DNA of 64,000 nucleotides from Bugula neritina (Eukaryota; Animalia; Bryozoa). Shown in pieces: positions 21,543 through 35,699 of this stretch. The position numbers and the translations under genes are program-made. The notes under the pieces were generated by a model. The model did no database searches and had not been told where the DNA came from. It saw only the letters and a program-made list of their open reading frames with translations. Numbering within the stretch: position 1 is the first letter of the stretch; every line of letters starts with the position of its first letter. The DNA lies in assembly GCA_964035545.1 (NCBI GenBank), contig OZ037772.1, positions 4,218,033 through 4,282,032 on the forward strand, written 5' to 3'.

Positions 21543-24017
21543 ATACCTCTACCCTAGCATCACATTCCTCTGCCATCTTCATTGTAGCCTGCCAGTTAAG
21601 AAAATTCAAGATTAACTAGAGATTCAGTGATGTTGCTGAATATGCTAGTACTAAACAGCTCAACTTAAACATAATGAAAATATTTCACACAATTAAAGGG
21701 CCAACAGAAAAATGCAAATTCCAGCTGACACTGAAGGCTACTAACAAGAGACAAATTTCTTGTAAAGATTTTGCTACTGTAGAGGACATTGACGTTATCG
21801 GTATTTTTGTAATTTGAAAATATACATTCTAAATTAGCTCAATTGAAAAATATGTACACTTGGTGCCCTGTATAATTTTTCAAAATTCAACTTAAGAGTT
21901 GTCTCTCTTCGACACTACAATATAGCGCTCCGCTCACTGAACGCAACATTTCTTTCACGTGATTATTATAGAGTGACGTGTATAATCCTTCTGCGCGTAG
22001 AACTTCCTCGTTATTTTGGTTTTATTGTGCCTCATCTCAGTTACTAGTTACCAAGTGTCCGACCAGTTTACTGACTAACACTATTGACTCTCGTGAGGTG
22101 AGAGCATTTTGAGTCATCTCATCATTTCTCAAATTAATCAGGTACTTTACTACTTACAGTTTCCGTTAGATTTACTAATTACTTTGTCTTTTAGACTTAG
22201 AGTACTACAAGTACAATACACTATACAGTATGAGTATCAGTATGAGTATGACTATGAGTATAGACTAAGACTATAGTGTATACTATTACTATTAGTATTA
22301 CTATTAGTATTAGTATTACTATTAGTATTAGTATTACTATTAGTATTAGTATTACTATAACTATTATAATATGTATTGTTGTATGAGTAATTACTAATTA
22401 GTATTACCATTCTTTCACTCATTGCACTGCATTTACTATATGAGTATAACTATAAGTATAAGTACAATTATAACTATAAACTTAAAGTGTAAGTTACTAC
22501 ATTAATATTACTGCACTACTATAACTGTCAGTATTACTTTTAGCGTTGCAGTTGGTCTTACTGCCAGTGCCAGGTCTGCTACCAACATCATTAAATTTAT
22601 TTATAATAATAATGATAATATTGCCATTGGTGATTATCACCCAATACTATTGATTATCGACATAGCTCGACTTTGTTAAGTCAATATTTAACAAGTTGGT
22701 TTTATAATACTAATACTAATAGGTTTATTATAACCAGTGAGTCGCTTATTTTTACTTTGTGAATTTATGATTGTAACATTATCATACTTATAATATTTAT
22801 TGCGAATTTTTGAATTAATGTTACACTTACTCAATTTGAATATCAGAATATCTTACCACTGGCACTAGTCAGTTATTAATTAATGACAGTGCATAGTGAT
22901 CACTGCATGTGATACATTGTCATACCCTGCACATCCCAATGCACTGCCCTTCTGAATTCATTGTGAATAGCGTATTCGGTTGGCTTATATTATTTTACTC
23001 AGCTTTGATTATACAATTAACATGTACTACACTGCTCTAATTTATGTAACAATGCTTGCTAGTTGCTGCTATCTTTACCTCTAAATTTCTGTCATTCAAA
23101 AACTAACATATTTACATAATAATTACATAATTGGAATTTGACTATTCTATAAATTACTGAGAATATATGGTTAGCCACATTTATATGATGTACTCTTGTT
23201 GTAGACATAAAATATGAGGTTAGTGTTAATAAATCATTTGCTAGGTAAGAGTGTAGAATAAATAATTGACTAGAGATGAGTGTAGAAGCTGCCAACTCAT
23301 GAAACAACTACATCTGACCTAACAGAAGCACAAACATGTTAAATTAGCGTGTTTCACACCACCATAGTTTCTATTAGATGATTAGAATAGCAAACTAGCA
23401 GTTGGTGGCTTTTTCCCTGGCTGGTGGAAGAGTGAATCTAAGTAACATATTAGCTAATGCATCACCAACACTGCAGAAAGGTTAAAATAATTTTTTAAAT
23501 TTAGATTATTAAGATAACAAATAAATTTTAACACCCAGCACAAAATATTTTATGAAACTATGTTTTCTCCCACTGCTATGTTTCCCCCTGTTTTGTGTCT
23601 TAGCGTGAGCCCACTCAATATATTAGAAACACTTGATTAGTGGTGTTCAATAGAAGTAGAATAATAGTGTTCACTGAAGCACACAGCATTGCTTCATATT
23701 TACTGTATATGGAGTTTGAGTCACCAGCAATAAACTATTCAGTGATTACAATGAAAACAATACAGCCTTTGTTAGACAGTTGAAGCTGTGAGCTCAGCAT
23801 GTTGTAGCTGACTATCACGTATACCAGTCTTATTAACTGCATTTGTTTAACAGAATTGTTCATGTCTTTATTTTGTATGGTTTGTTGTTAATGGTTAAAT
23901 TAAGACTTGGAACTTAATATGTAAGTCCTTGATTTGGAAACCTTCACAGATGTAGCGTAAAATATTATGCTAAGAGTATGTGTATCTTTTACAGGATTTC
24001 CTTATCATATAACCAAG

Positions 24018-27000
24018 ATGGCAGAATCCAGAGTTGTGAAAAAGAGACTAAACAATTCGTATCGCTGTGGGTACTGCTTGCAGTACTTCAACAAACTTGA
24101 AGATCCCAGAACTCTGCCATGTCTGCATGTGTACTGCATGAGATGTTTGAAGACTGACATCGGTGGTAGGAAGGATCATATCAGATGTGCTTATTGTAGG
24201 TGAGTCACAGTACATGACACAATATATCATGTCATAGGCTTGCATATGATTTTCTCACTATCATCTAGGAGTTGTCTGATCTATGTCTATGAAAAGCAAA
24301 CAATACTGTATATTCTATGTGAACTCTGGTTACTAACTTGTGGAGTGTGTGGATATCTTTTCATTAGGTAGAGAAAGTAACTGTTATGTAGATTACATCA
24401 TCAGCTGTCCACTCTTGTTGAATTGTGGTGCTGTTGGATGTCTTGGGATTGGAGTTGTCTCCTCACAATATTATTTTGTTCTCATACAGTACAAGACTTG
24501 TTAGAGCAGTGGTTCCAAACCTTTTTCATACAATTCCCACTTTCATACATGTTTACTGTTGATTCCCCTCCCTTTTGTCAATCGGAATTTTTTATGAGTA
24601 ACATAATGATAATATAGATTACAATACAATATTTTTCCTATTACATTTAAATACAATATAGTTATTTCTGATAATTATATTATGCATGTGTAAAACACAG
24701 AGCAGTTCAATTAATGATATTATGGCTGCAGCTGATGGCATTGTACCAGCTTGCTTTCAAACCTCCCACCCCAACCCTTAAACCCCAACCCCAAAATTGA
24801 AATTAAAAACACATTCATGTAGAAGTAGACTGAGATGGCAGAACTGGTTAAATAGATAAGCTAAGATGAATGCTTATAGATATACATGTACATATAACTT
24901 GCAAGAGCTCAAAAGTCTTTAACAAACTGCTTGAAATTTTCAAAATCGAAATCCAGGCTACCCCTAAAAAGCCCAAATTCCCTCTTATAGGGGGATTCTC
25001 CCAGGTTGGAAACCACTGTGTTGAATTGACTTGTGTTTACTATCTTCTTTCCTGTGATTAGAAATATGTATGATGTTGTCATGACAACACAGTTGCTGTG
25101 GCACAAAGTACAGTTTACTAGTATGTAGTGATTGTGTAGTGAGAGTGGAGTGTCTGGTTATTGTCCATGGTCATGTGTAATCTGTAAGGAGTAGAATTAT
25201 ATTATTTTAATATAATGTTGAGAGAGGTACTTTTATTATGGCAGTTTGCTCAATAGCTTTAGTTCTAATTCGATACACTCATAGCTCTGGAGTCTAGCAG
25301 CTGCTACTATTACCACTAGCTGTTCAAAATTCTGCCAACATCCGGGCTGCCAAAGCATAATAGCCATTGACATTAAGGCCAAGCAGTCACTGGGAAATTA
25401 TTTGACTAAAGAGCAGGTCTTATGACAATTAGTAGTCAGTCCCTTAGACAGGAAACAGTGATTCTGTGACCTATGTAGTTAAATCCAATGCTGAACTTTT
25501 GATTGACTATTAGATGGCCATCACAATTGTATTTGGTACAATATAATATTATTATGGGGTGTCAATCAGTGTCTAATATAATCTGTGAATTGAGTGTCTA
25601 CTTTAGTTGGTTACTTCTTCTACCATCAGTCAGTTGTATTGAGTATCTACTTTAGCTTTGATGAGTTGATTACTTCTTCTACTATCAATTAGTTGTATAA
25701 TTAGGTGTAAAGTTGCGTTTATACCTTCACGATTTTCGGTCAAAATTTCATTTGGCCGGGTTGAAATTTCTCCGAGTTGCATTGCATTGTAAAAGCCACT
25801 CGTTGAAATTTTTGTACTGTGATAACTTAATCGGCCAATTTTAGAATAGGAGTAATAACTCCTTGTAAACATCGTTATTTAGTTATTACTTTGGCGATTA
25901 GACAACATACTTATACGGTTATAATTATATAGCCTACGCCTTCTCAATTATCGCTTTTATGCTTTCCGCTTCACTAATTCACGACGTTTACGAAGGGCAT
26001 CAAATAGCTATTATGCGAGTCAAATTTCAATTTCAGAAAGTGAGCAACCGCATCAATATGATTTCAACGAGTTTAAGTTTGACTATAAAGGGGTACCCGG
26101 AAAAGCATTATTAACTTAAACTCGGTACTTTTTTCAGCAGAGGTATAAACGCAACTTTACTTTGTATTGAGTGATGAATAGTGTTGAGAATTTAGGCCTA
26201 TATTATGCCAACCCCCCCCCTCTGACTTAGACTGTGACCCAACCTGCTGCACATACATAGTAGTACTACACTGAAGATAGTCAACATGTGTATATATCAT
26301 ATACATATATATATAACATAATTATATATATACATGCATATATCATCCTACTAGTAATGGATTACTAAGTACAACTTATCCTATGACTCACTCTTCTTAT
26401 GCTAGCTGCATGAGATAGACAACACTCACACGTGACACGCACTCACAGTGCACTAGCTCTCGACACATTGCCAAGGATGATGAAATGACAGTTTCGCGCC
26501 ACTCCTAGCAGTTAGAGTGGCAGGGAATAGTTGTAGTATGTTGTAGTATTGGCTCCTCAGAATTCACTCCTCAGTAATTAGTTGCATTGCACAAACTTGC
26601 AACAAAAGTGAATAATTATTGACAATATGGCCTCCACTCAGTAGTTTAAACTAGTAATTTATCTTATCATTTTACTCTACAAGTTACAGTTGAGTCTGTT
26701 TGTTGAGTAGCAGTTCTTTGTCATGAGTGACTATTTTCCAGCATATTAGTACATAATATAGTCAAGTGTGTTTGTGTGATAGCCTGTGGTCTATATAATG
26801 AATGTGTGTTGATGAGTGATGAGTATTTATTTGAGTATTTGTCAAGGACATAGCTGTGGCCTGTGTGTGTGGATGGAGTATTTCATTACTTGAGATATAC
26901 TAAACACAGCTAACACAGGTAACATACTGATTGCTATATATTGTAGGAAAGATCACTATGACATAACAGATCCCACTACACTACCAGTAGCTCAGCATGG

Positions 27001-30000
27001 AGACCCCTTAGAATACAAGTCTCCACCCAAACCTGCACCCATTCCCTGCGATGTGTGTAAAGGTGGAACACAAGCTGCTGTGTTTTGTCTTGAGAGTCAA
27101 AAGAAATTATGTCAGCAGCATCAAGAAGTGAGTCTTTCTTATGTCATTTCTCAAGATTAGTTACGAAACCAGTTCTGGTTTGTGTGTAGAATATTATTGA
27201 AAAGAAATGTTGAGTCTGTGTGACTTTTTATACTAAACACACAGTTTCACAGTGCAGTGAGTCAACTATGACAGACTTGTTGGTGAAAATACAACCAACT
27301 AAACTGTTGACCTTTATTATACAGAATCACAGAGAGCTGATGGGAGATAGACATCAGTTTATTGACATTGAGGTCTACAGAGCTTCTCCTCAAAGATATA
27401 CTATAGCTGAATGTGAACATCATAAACAGGAACAGCTGACAGAAGTGTGTTCCAAGTGTCACCAGATATTCTGTATGAGATGTGATATGAGGACTGGCTG
27501 TAAGGATAAGACAGGTATTTACTTGCTGTTTCTATTTCTGTAGAAAGAAGCTGAGAATTATTACAAGAACCTGTTATTTATTATTTTATTATTAAAGTGA
27601 GTTATGTAACAGTAAAAGAGGAAGTCAGTTTGTCAGCATTAAGGTTTGTGTGAGACAGAAGTGGATAGTGCAGGAGTTTATATTCTCACTGTTATGTGGA
27701 AAATTTAGTATGTTTCATTCTTCAAGTGTCTGTTTCCTTGATAAGATGGTATAGGCATAGCTTTTAACTCAGTGGTGTCCCACCTTTTTCATACCCTCCC
27801 TCTTTTTATAAATGTTTTCTATTAAGTTTCCCCCCTTTTGAGAAACACTGTAACTTATATTCATAAAGAAAATCAGGGTACAGATTTTTTCCAGAAAAGG
27901 CCAGTGTGTTTGACATGGACCAGTGTCTGCCACAACTTCAGTTTAGTTATAGTTATACATATACATGTAATCTGGAAAACAAGGCAAGAGCTCAAAGAGC
28001 TGGTAAACTGTGTGAATTTTTTAGAAATGAAACCCCTGAAAAGCCCAAATTCCCTGCAAAGGGAATTCCCCCAAGGTTGGGAGCCACTGCTCTAACTTTT
28101 TCAATTATATTATTCCAAGTGCAGTGATTAATGAGCTAACCTGTGAAATATTTCTAGTCCAACCAACTGTCTAGTAATTACATAGTATGTATATAGTGAT
28201 ACATCATCAACCTGTAGTTAGAAGTATAGTAGGTGTAGAATAATTACAATATCATATCTAAAAATACTTTTATGAATCGTGTGGTGTTATGTATACAGAG
28301 GAAACAGTAGCATCACATGACTTGGCATCTTTGAGTGATTTGTCTTGTGAGTTACGAGAAAGTCTGACTGGTGGAATAGAGACTCTGTCTGAGAAAGTTG
28401 CAGAGTTGAATGACATCTCAAAGGATGCCTGGAAAGAACTGAGTAAAATAGAAGATGAAGTAAAGAAGATGGTTGCCAGAGTAAACTCTGTAGCTGACGC
28501 TCAGGTATGCTGACATGGTGATATCATCTAATGTATTTCTGTTTGTCTGAAATTGGAATTTGCATTTGGTTTTTGAGTTGTAAATAGAAATGAATTTCAT
28601 TTACCACTAGAATTAACTGACCATTGAAGTATTATCATTCTGTGTACAAGTAGCAGTAGTCATACATCACATGTTACTCAGTGCAGAGGAACCTGTCAAT
28701 ACAGATGACTCACTCATCCTTCTGCAACTGTCAATCACTCACACAGGGAGGTTGGCTGGGTGAGTGATTGACAGGTGTCAGGAGGAGGAGACTAGTCACG
28801 TGATGTACTAGCTCTCTGCTGTGTATGGAGTGTCACGTGACTGAGTCATTGTCCACTCAGTGGGTGATCTGTCACTTTCATTTCAAGTGTAGAGGTTGTG
28901 AGGTGCAGATGTGGTTACACTGTGTTACTATTTATTAGATAGCAGAGATTAGAAAGAGAGCTACAAACCTGAGGCTAGAAATATATGGATATTTGAAGAG
29001 CTGCACACAGATAGTGGATAATTATAGAATAGAGCTGGCCTTGAGTAAGACAATGGGCAGACAGTCTCTGCTGGACACAGTACAACATGCAGTTGATAAG
29101 TTCAATGATGCAGGGATTGTGAGAGACTACAAAGAGATGAGTGAGAAGATGGAAAAGGCTACAGATATTGGTGTAATAGAGAAGTGTGTACTTCCAGACA
29201 GCATCTTGGTACCAACATGTAGGTGGAGTCTATAAATAGTAACACTAACTATAAATAACTTTCTGCTTGTAATCAGTTGAATTGCTTTCACTGAATATTT
29301 TAATAGTAGAATAAGTAGATAGAGTTTATTTATTAGAGATTGAGTTTTGTTCTACTCTCACATTATGAGACATTTCTGCAGTGTTTCAGAGTTTATGAGG
29401 TATAAGTGAGCTGCTAAACTGTGTTATGCTGACTACCTGCTGTCAGTATTAACAAGATATTCTCACTTAGACCTGTGCATCACGTAGCAACTTGTAGTAA
29501 CTACAGACTGATTGTATCTAAAACATCTTTTACTTTTAAGTTTGAAAAGCTGTTCCCACCTCCTCAGGTGATGAGATTCTCAAGTTATAGAATTGTTATT
29601 TTGTTGTTGCAGACAGTGAAGACAGTCTGGGACTGAAGCTGCTGCAGCCACCATCTTCTCTCCAGTCTGATGGACTTCCTGTACGTGGCTGGTGTTTCTC
29701 AGTAAACATCTCAGCTGATGGACATCTGATGTGTTGGACACCAGGAGGTGTAGAAGTAATAAATAGAGAGACTCTGGATACTATCAGCTCAGTGAAACAC
29801 ACCAACACTACAAAGTGGGGGGAGATAATCCAACCTGAAGGGGTGATGGTTGGCAGCTGGTATAACAGTGAGGAGGAAACAGCTGAAGTCTCACTTCTTG
29901 ATCCGAACTCCTTTGAGAAGACTCGCTCTCTCTACAAGCAGCCAGTAGATGTACCCACTTACTATAGAATAGCTCAGCACGACTCACTGCTCTATATTGT

Positions 30001-31447
30001 AGACAAGAGAGAGAATCAGCTGGTAGTCTGTAACCTAGTTGACAATAAAATACAGAAGTTCCCACTTCCTGAGATGGAGATCCCTCGTCCTGTATGCATC
30101 CTCCCAGACTCAACTCTCCTCATAGGAGACTACGCTGAAGATGGTAAAGTGAGAAGATATAAAGTGGAGAACACAACTCTCTCTCTAATGTGGGAGTTTC
30201 CTCACATCTCAGACCCATCTGGTATTTCCTTTGATCCAACATCTGAACTGATTCACATCTGTACAGAGGAAGGACCTCTCCTCATCCTCTCACTTGAAGG
30301 TAAATACTCTGTTTATTATAGTAAGTTTAGTTATTTTATATATAATTATGTTGTAGTAATTAATATATTTTAATAATTAACAGTAAACAACTTCCACTCA
30401 TAAGATATATTATGATATTGTTAGTATTTATCAAGTCACTGATGTTACTTTTAGCTGAAAGTTATGTAATAAAGACTGTAACATGCTGATAGTAGATGTT
30501 ATATTCTTCATCACATGACTTGTAGCTAATAATAATATTAGTGAATAATACTGCCTCCCTGCAATAAGTTTATTTCCAGCTGCAGTAACATGCAGGATGT
30601 AAGCACAGGTAAAAGTGTATATTATACTGTATAGGTTTAAGGTGTACTCTGTGTAGTGTGCAGTGAGCTCTTAGTAAACTCTCTATTCAGTCTTCCTTTC
30701 CAAGGGTTCACCTGGTAGAGTAGAGGATAGGGACTCCACACTGCTAAGTGAGTTGGTGCTGCAAGGGGTTCAAACCCACCTATCAGCATGTCTAGTTAGT
30801 TTACTATGCAAGTGTTTTACAGTAATTTTAGAGGTGCTCAGTCTAACAACTGTACAGACTGCCAGCAACACATGAGTTATAAGTTGTAGTTTGACTTCAG
30901 TCTAGTGCTGCTATTGTTTTGGTCATCAGATAATTTAAATATAAGTAATTTGATACTTTTTGACTGCCATTACTGAGACTATTGTAATTTGATGATGGCT
31001 GGTAGAGCAGTGTTTGCTGGTGGGACTCAGGTGGCTGTGGTTGGTTCTTGTCAAGTATTTAATATGTGATAATGTTGGAGTAGCTGCAGTAGTATAGTAT
31101 TAGAAGTAGACATGTGGGTGTGTCCTTGCTGAGAGCCACAGGCTAAGTTTGTGGGTCAAGGTCAATACAGTTGTAAAAGGAGGCACTATTTTCTGCTCTA
31201 TTTGAGTATTTACTTCATGCATATAACCTGCTTAGTTCCATCTTTAAAGGCAGTCTGTCTGTTTCTCTCAATACACACCAACTGATACAATATGATGCTA
31301 TTATTTACAGGTCAACTGGTGCTTACTGTTCCCAGAGAAAGTCTTGGTGTGAGTAGCTGGGTGTGGGACATTGCTGTGTATAACAGAGACACAGTGTTTC
31401 TAGCATGTTACAATTATGGACTGAAGAGATACACAATAAAATACTAA
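24018..31447 (+). CDS. TRIM-family E3 ubiquitin ligase (RING, B-box1, B-box2, coiled coil, C-terminal NHL-like beta-propeller), ~620 aa
   Basis: Coding exons 24018-24199, 26947-27127, 27325-27514, 28299-28504, 28939-29218, 29613-30299 and 31311-31447; all GT-AG with compatible phases (1863 nt, ends TAA). RING CGYC..PRTLPCLHVYCMRC..RCAYCR; B-boxes CDVC..FCLES..LC..H and CEHH..CSKC..FCMRC; propeller-like repeats (PRPVCILPDSTLLIGD, PSGISFD, WDIAV). A possible non-coding first exon ends at a donor near 22098. Confidence 0.88.
24507..25018 (+). mobile_element. hAT-like MITE in a TRIM intron
   Basis: TIRs CAGTGGTTCCAAACC / GGTTGGAAACCACTG; internal similarity to the 21209 and 27770 copies. Confidence 0.72.
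25710..26157 (+). mobile_element. Non-autonomous DNA transposon, TIR AAGTTGCGTTTATACCT
   Basis: Perfect 17-bp terminal inverted repeats flanked by TA. Related copies lie at ~46392-46775 and ~60351-60503. Superfamily uncertain. Confidence 0.75.
27770..28089 (+). mobile_element. hAT-like MITE in a TRIM intron
   Basis: CAGTGGTGTCCCACC...GGTTGGGAGCCACTG; degenerate 8-bp TSD TTTTAACT/CTCTAACT. Confidence 0.75.
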
Positions 31448-31624
31448 ACTTATCAGCTACAGTTTACTAATAATCAGCTCAGTGAGGTACTGAGAGATAA
31501 AATGGATAATATTTGTCATCAACATAATTATCTTCATTACAATTCATCAATACACACACTCTGTAATTACAGTTAGATATGAGATGTTTTACTGTATCAA
31601 ATATGTGTTGTCATTTTACTATCC

Positions 31625-31630
31625 AATAAA
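31625..31630 (+). terminator. Probable polyadenylation signal of the TRIM gene
   Basis: AATAAA ~180 nt after the stop. The CAATAAAGTTT context also occurs in the inverted paralog (~34705-34715). Confidence 0.55.
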
Positions 31631-32694
31631 GTTTATTTGCTAGTGAAAATATAGTCTGTTTTCATGCCTCATTAGCTTTAGTTCAAGTTGAGTTCACTTA
31701 CTAAAAAATAATCTTTACTGGAGCAGTAACTGTAAATGACTTGTCTGCGGGAGAATTTATTCACTGAATTGACATGCAGGTGCAAGTAACTCCAACATGA
31801 CTAAGTAAATTTATTCCAACCATTCACAATGTTATACATTCCATTGCTGTGCAAACAATAGCATTGAGTAGCCAATCAAATTGTTTCTTGTCATGCATTC
31901 AGGAATCTGATAAATAATATATAAGGCAATCAACTAGATATAAACACTGTTTTACTCTACACATGAGCTGTCTGTGCTGCAGCTGCTTTGCGAAATGTGT
32001 GTAATTTGATGAGTTTAGTTCAATTGGTTGCAGTTTAATTATGACATGTTCACCATTATGTAATATTAGAGGACAACTCCTCTCCAGTGTGCAGTGGTAG
32101 TATACTATTAGTCAAAGGGAGTGCTCAGTATAATATAAATAGCTGACCACTCCTACACCAACACTCCTGAACACCAGCTAGACGACAAGAACTCTTGAAC
32201 ACCACTCAGGTTAAGGGACTCCACCCACCCAGGCACCTCTGAACACCATCCAAGGCAGACGTGTTCTGGATCACAGTCTTAACTCCTCACAGACTAAGAC
32301 AGGAGCTGGAGTCATCCTCACAGCCAAGCAACCCATGCCAATATACCAACCCTAGCTGACCTGAATACTACAACTTATATATTATAGTATTCGGAATAAC
32401 TCCAAAGTAGCATATTTCTGTTAAAATAACATTAATATTAAACAGATAAATTATATATTTACTGATTCAATCACTATTTGAGTTTTCAAATTGAAATTCA
32501 ATAAGAGACATCAGCAAGTAATAATCATATGTTATGTAATAATACATGCAACAAAAAGGCATCACTATAAAATTTTACAAAATGTATTAGCAGTTATCTA
32601 TACTGAGATTATAATGTAATAATAATGTTGTATAAAGTACTAAACTATCGACCCCTCTCTCATATTATTATTTAACCTTTGACCTACAAACAAT

Positions 32695-33470
32695 CACGGG
32701 CTTTCCATGTAACGATCTCAGATCGATCTCGCTGAGATCGATCTGAGACATGTGTCAGATCGATCGTTTTTCCATGAGAGTGTCAGATCGATCTCGCGAA
32801 GTTACCTCCTCTTAAGTGAAGGATACTTTAAAAGTATAATTTGTTCACCTATTTGAGTGATTAAAGCTACTACTGTTGAAAACAAGGTGGCCGTAGTCTA
32901 AAATTTAATCTCAGCTATAAACTATACGCAGCAAAGCTTTCAGTGTATGGTAATTTAGCCAATTTAAAATAATTAATTTTAATTTTTTAGCTTGACAGCT
33001 TATATAAAATTAATGGCTGTCTTGCAGATTATTAATAAACTTACAGGACTGTTAGGCTTAAAATTACAAAGAAAATAGCTAATGAAACTAAGTCTTAATG
33101 GTCATTTAATTTCAATTTAAATTCTCCAAATTATTTTACCTTCTACTGCATATAATTGAGTTTTCTTAACCATTGTACTGAAAGTCAAAATTTTGGCATC
33201 TGAAAAGATGGCCATCATAATTATTTAATACTTTGCTTAGTAATTATCAATAAGTTATCATTTTTATTAGCAGACAACATTGTAGCGGGCAGTCTTTTTC
33301 TACTTCTCAGATCGATCTGGCGTCTTTCCATGGTCTTATTGACATTAGATCGATCTGAGTTCGAGCTCCACAGACCGACCAGCTCAGATCGACGGAGATC
33401 GATCTTTGGCGTCTTTCCATGGATCGATCTCGCTAAGATCGATTTCAGATCGGTACATGGAAAGCTGGTG
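32695..33470 (+). mobile_element. MITE with CAC(G/C/A)GGCTTTCCATG TIRs and GATCGATCT subterminal motifs (copy 1)
   Basis: Terminal inverted repeats and a 3-bp AAT TSD; inverted near-identical copy at 39564-40330. CAC termini with a 3-bp TSD suggest the CMC (Chapaev3/CACTA-like) superfamily (inference). Confidence 0.85.
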
Positions 33471-33817
33471 AATGATTTCTTGTTGCTATACTGTCTGTTG
33501 TCTAGTTGGCTCATAGAAACAGTTCCAATCTAACAATGTAGTGTTGATACAAATCAGAGAATATAAGCTCAACAATAAAACAAAAAGAAATAATTATCCT
33601 CAATATCCTAAGGAATATTCCAGAGAACACTGCAGGCTGAGCTATAAGATATTTTACAACTACATGCAGTTGACATATCTACATGAATTGTGGACCATTT
33701 TGGTGTTTCTGTGTGCACAGACAAGTTGCAATGACTCCAACAGAATTTTTTTTAGTAGGTTTCAGTTCATCTTGAATATAGTACAGCTTGTTGTCTTTTG
33801 GTGGAATATTATTGATG

Positions 33818-34050
33818 ATACACTACTTTGTTTGGCCTCAATAGTATTGATGGTACACTACCTTGTTTGGCCTCAATAGTATTGATGGTACACTACCTTG
33901 TTTGACCTCAATAGTATTGATGGTAGACTACCTTGTTTGACCTCAACAGTATTGATGGTAGACTACCTTGTTTGACCTCAATAGTGTTGATGGTACACTA
34001 CCTTGTTTGGCCTCAACAGTATTAATGGTACACTACCTTGTTTGGCCTCA
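33818..34050. repeat. 35-bp minisatellite (TACCTTGTTTGRCCTCAATAGTATTGATGGTACAC), ~6.5 units
   Basis: Direct reading. Confidence 0.9.
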
Positions 34051-34699
34051 TTAGCCTTGCTAATATAAAATTAAGAGCACAACTTGCAAGATTTAACTAA
34101 TTTAACTTGGTTCATATTATGATGTTAAAATGTTGACATTTATAACCTCTGATATATTTCTATGTTTATAACCTATCAATATGCTCTGATCTACAGTCTT
34201 TATTGCCATTCAAGGTGTTGCTCACTGCTGGTCAACCCCATTAACCCCCAACTTACTGTCTACATAGAAAACTGTCTGCTTTCCCTCCATGGCACATAGC
34301 TCATACAATGTGTATATTTGCTTTTGCACACTCATTACATAAAACACCAGCCATTGTGATAAAAGTAGAGTTTTGTTGTTTAGTCTCACATATTGGAACA
34401 TGGCCTTAAGATTTGTAGTTTCTGAGGCTTTTATTAAGCTATTGCTGGAGAAAATTGCTAAGAATTTACTGCAGTGAATCTTTTTATATACATTACTTAT
34501 GAAATGCATATCTGTGGAATATTTGATCTACTCTGTATCATGTAAACTAACTTACACACAAGTTACATACAGCTACTACTTGATAAGGAAGTAATAGACT
34601 TACACTAACAGAGTTATTGACATGAAAAAGTAAATAATATTTAAATTGTGATGGCTAAGTAAGTAGATGAGTCATAAACCAGTAAAAAATTAATTTCTA

Positions 34700-35690
34700 C
34701 AAACAAACTTTATTGAGTGAATGTGACTACAGAGTCTTGACAGCATAGCAGAGTAAATATGTTACATAATCATTACTAATCAACATCAAATACTGCATAT
34801 AAACAGTGTAAGTCCTGTGGAATATATAATATTATACTGTGAGTAGAACACAATATATTATATTTGACATGTACTATGGGTGTACATTGATGACTTCACT
34901 GAGCTAATTATTAGTAGACTGTAGCTGATAAGTTTAGTATTTTATTGTGTATCTCCTCAGTCCATCTCCACATGCTAGAAACACTGTGTCTCTGTTATAC
35001 ACAGCAATGTCCCACACCAAGTCACTAACACCAAGACTTTCTCTGGGAATTGTTACCATCAGTTCACCTTTAAAAAATATAATGTCGGATTGAATCAGTT
35101 TGAGACAAACAGACAGACTACAGTGACATCACAACAGCTGACACAACTACAAGCAAGTTTCTACTTTCTAGTATAATATAGTAACTGAAATATATTCGAT
35201 AAAAATACAATAAATTTCAAATATATTTCTCACTCAGAAAGACTTCCTTTATAGATGCAACTAAGCAGATTATGTTGAAGATAATAAAGTTCTACCAGTC
35301 AGTATTGAATAATTCAATGAGCTACTCTACTGTTTACTTCATAATAAATGACAACATGGAGAGACTCAACATAGAAATTTACCCCCTCAGCAAATATGAT
35401 TATACAGGAGAGAAGATATATAATATAAGTATTACATACATGAAGTAAATATTCTAACAGAAAATAGTGTCTCATTATACAACTGTATTGACCTTGACCC
35501 ACAAACTTAGCCTGTGGCTCTTATATAGAACACACCCACATGTCTACTTCTAATAATACTGCTACTGCAGCTACTCCAACATTATCAAATATTAAATACT
35601 TGACAAGAACCAACCACAGCCACCTGAGTCTCACCAGCAAACACTGCTCTACCAGCCACCATCAAATTACACTAGTCTCAGCAATAATCA
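34700..35690 (-). pseudogene. Orphan inverted paralog fragment of the TRIM gene: last exon (34934-35067), 3' UTR and part of the last intron
   Basis: The minus strand encodes GELMVTIPRESLGVSDLVWDIAVYNRDTVFLACGDGLRRYTIKY*, homologous to 31311-31447. 35440-35690 is the reverse complement of intron 30970-31230. No upstream TRIM exons were seen. Confidence 0.88.
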
Positions 35691-35699
35691 CATAACATA

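Noticed and set aside
33818-34050. 35-bp repeats of CRISPR-like length (also the 23-bp array at 43077-44090)
   Set aside because: Head-to-tail units with no unique spacers, no cas genes, and a eukaryotic context.
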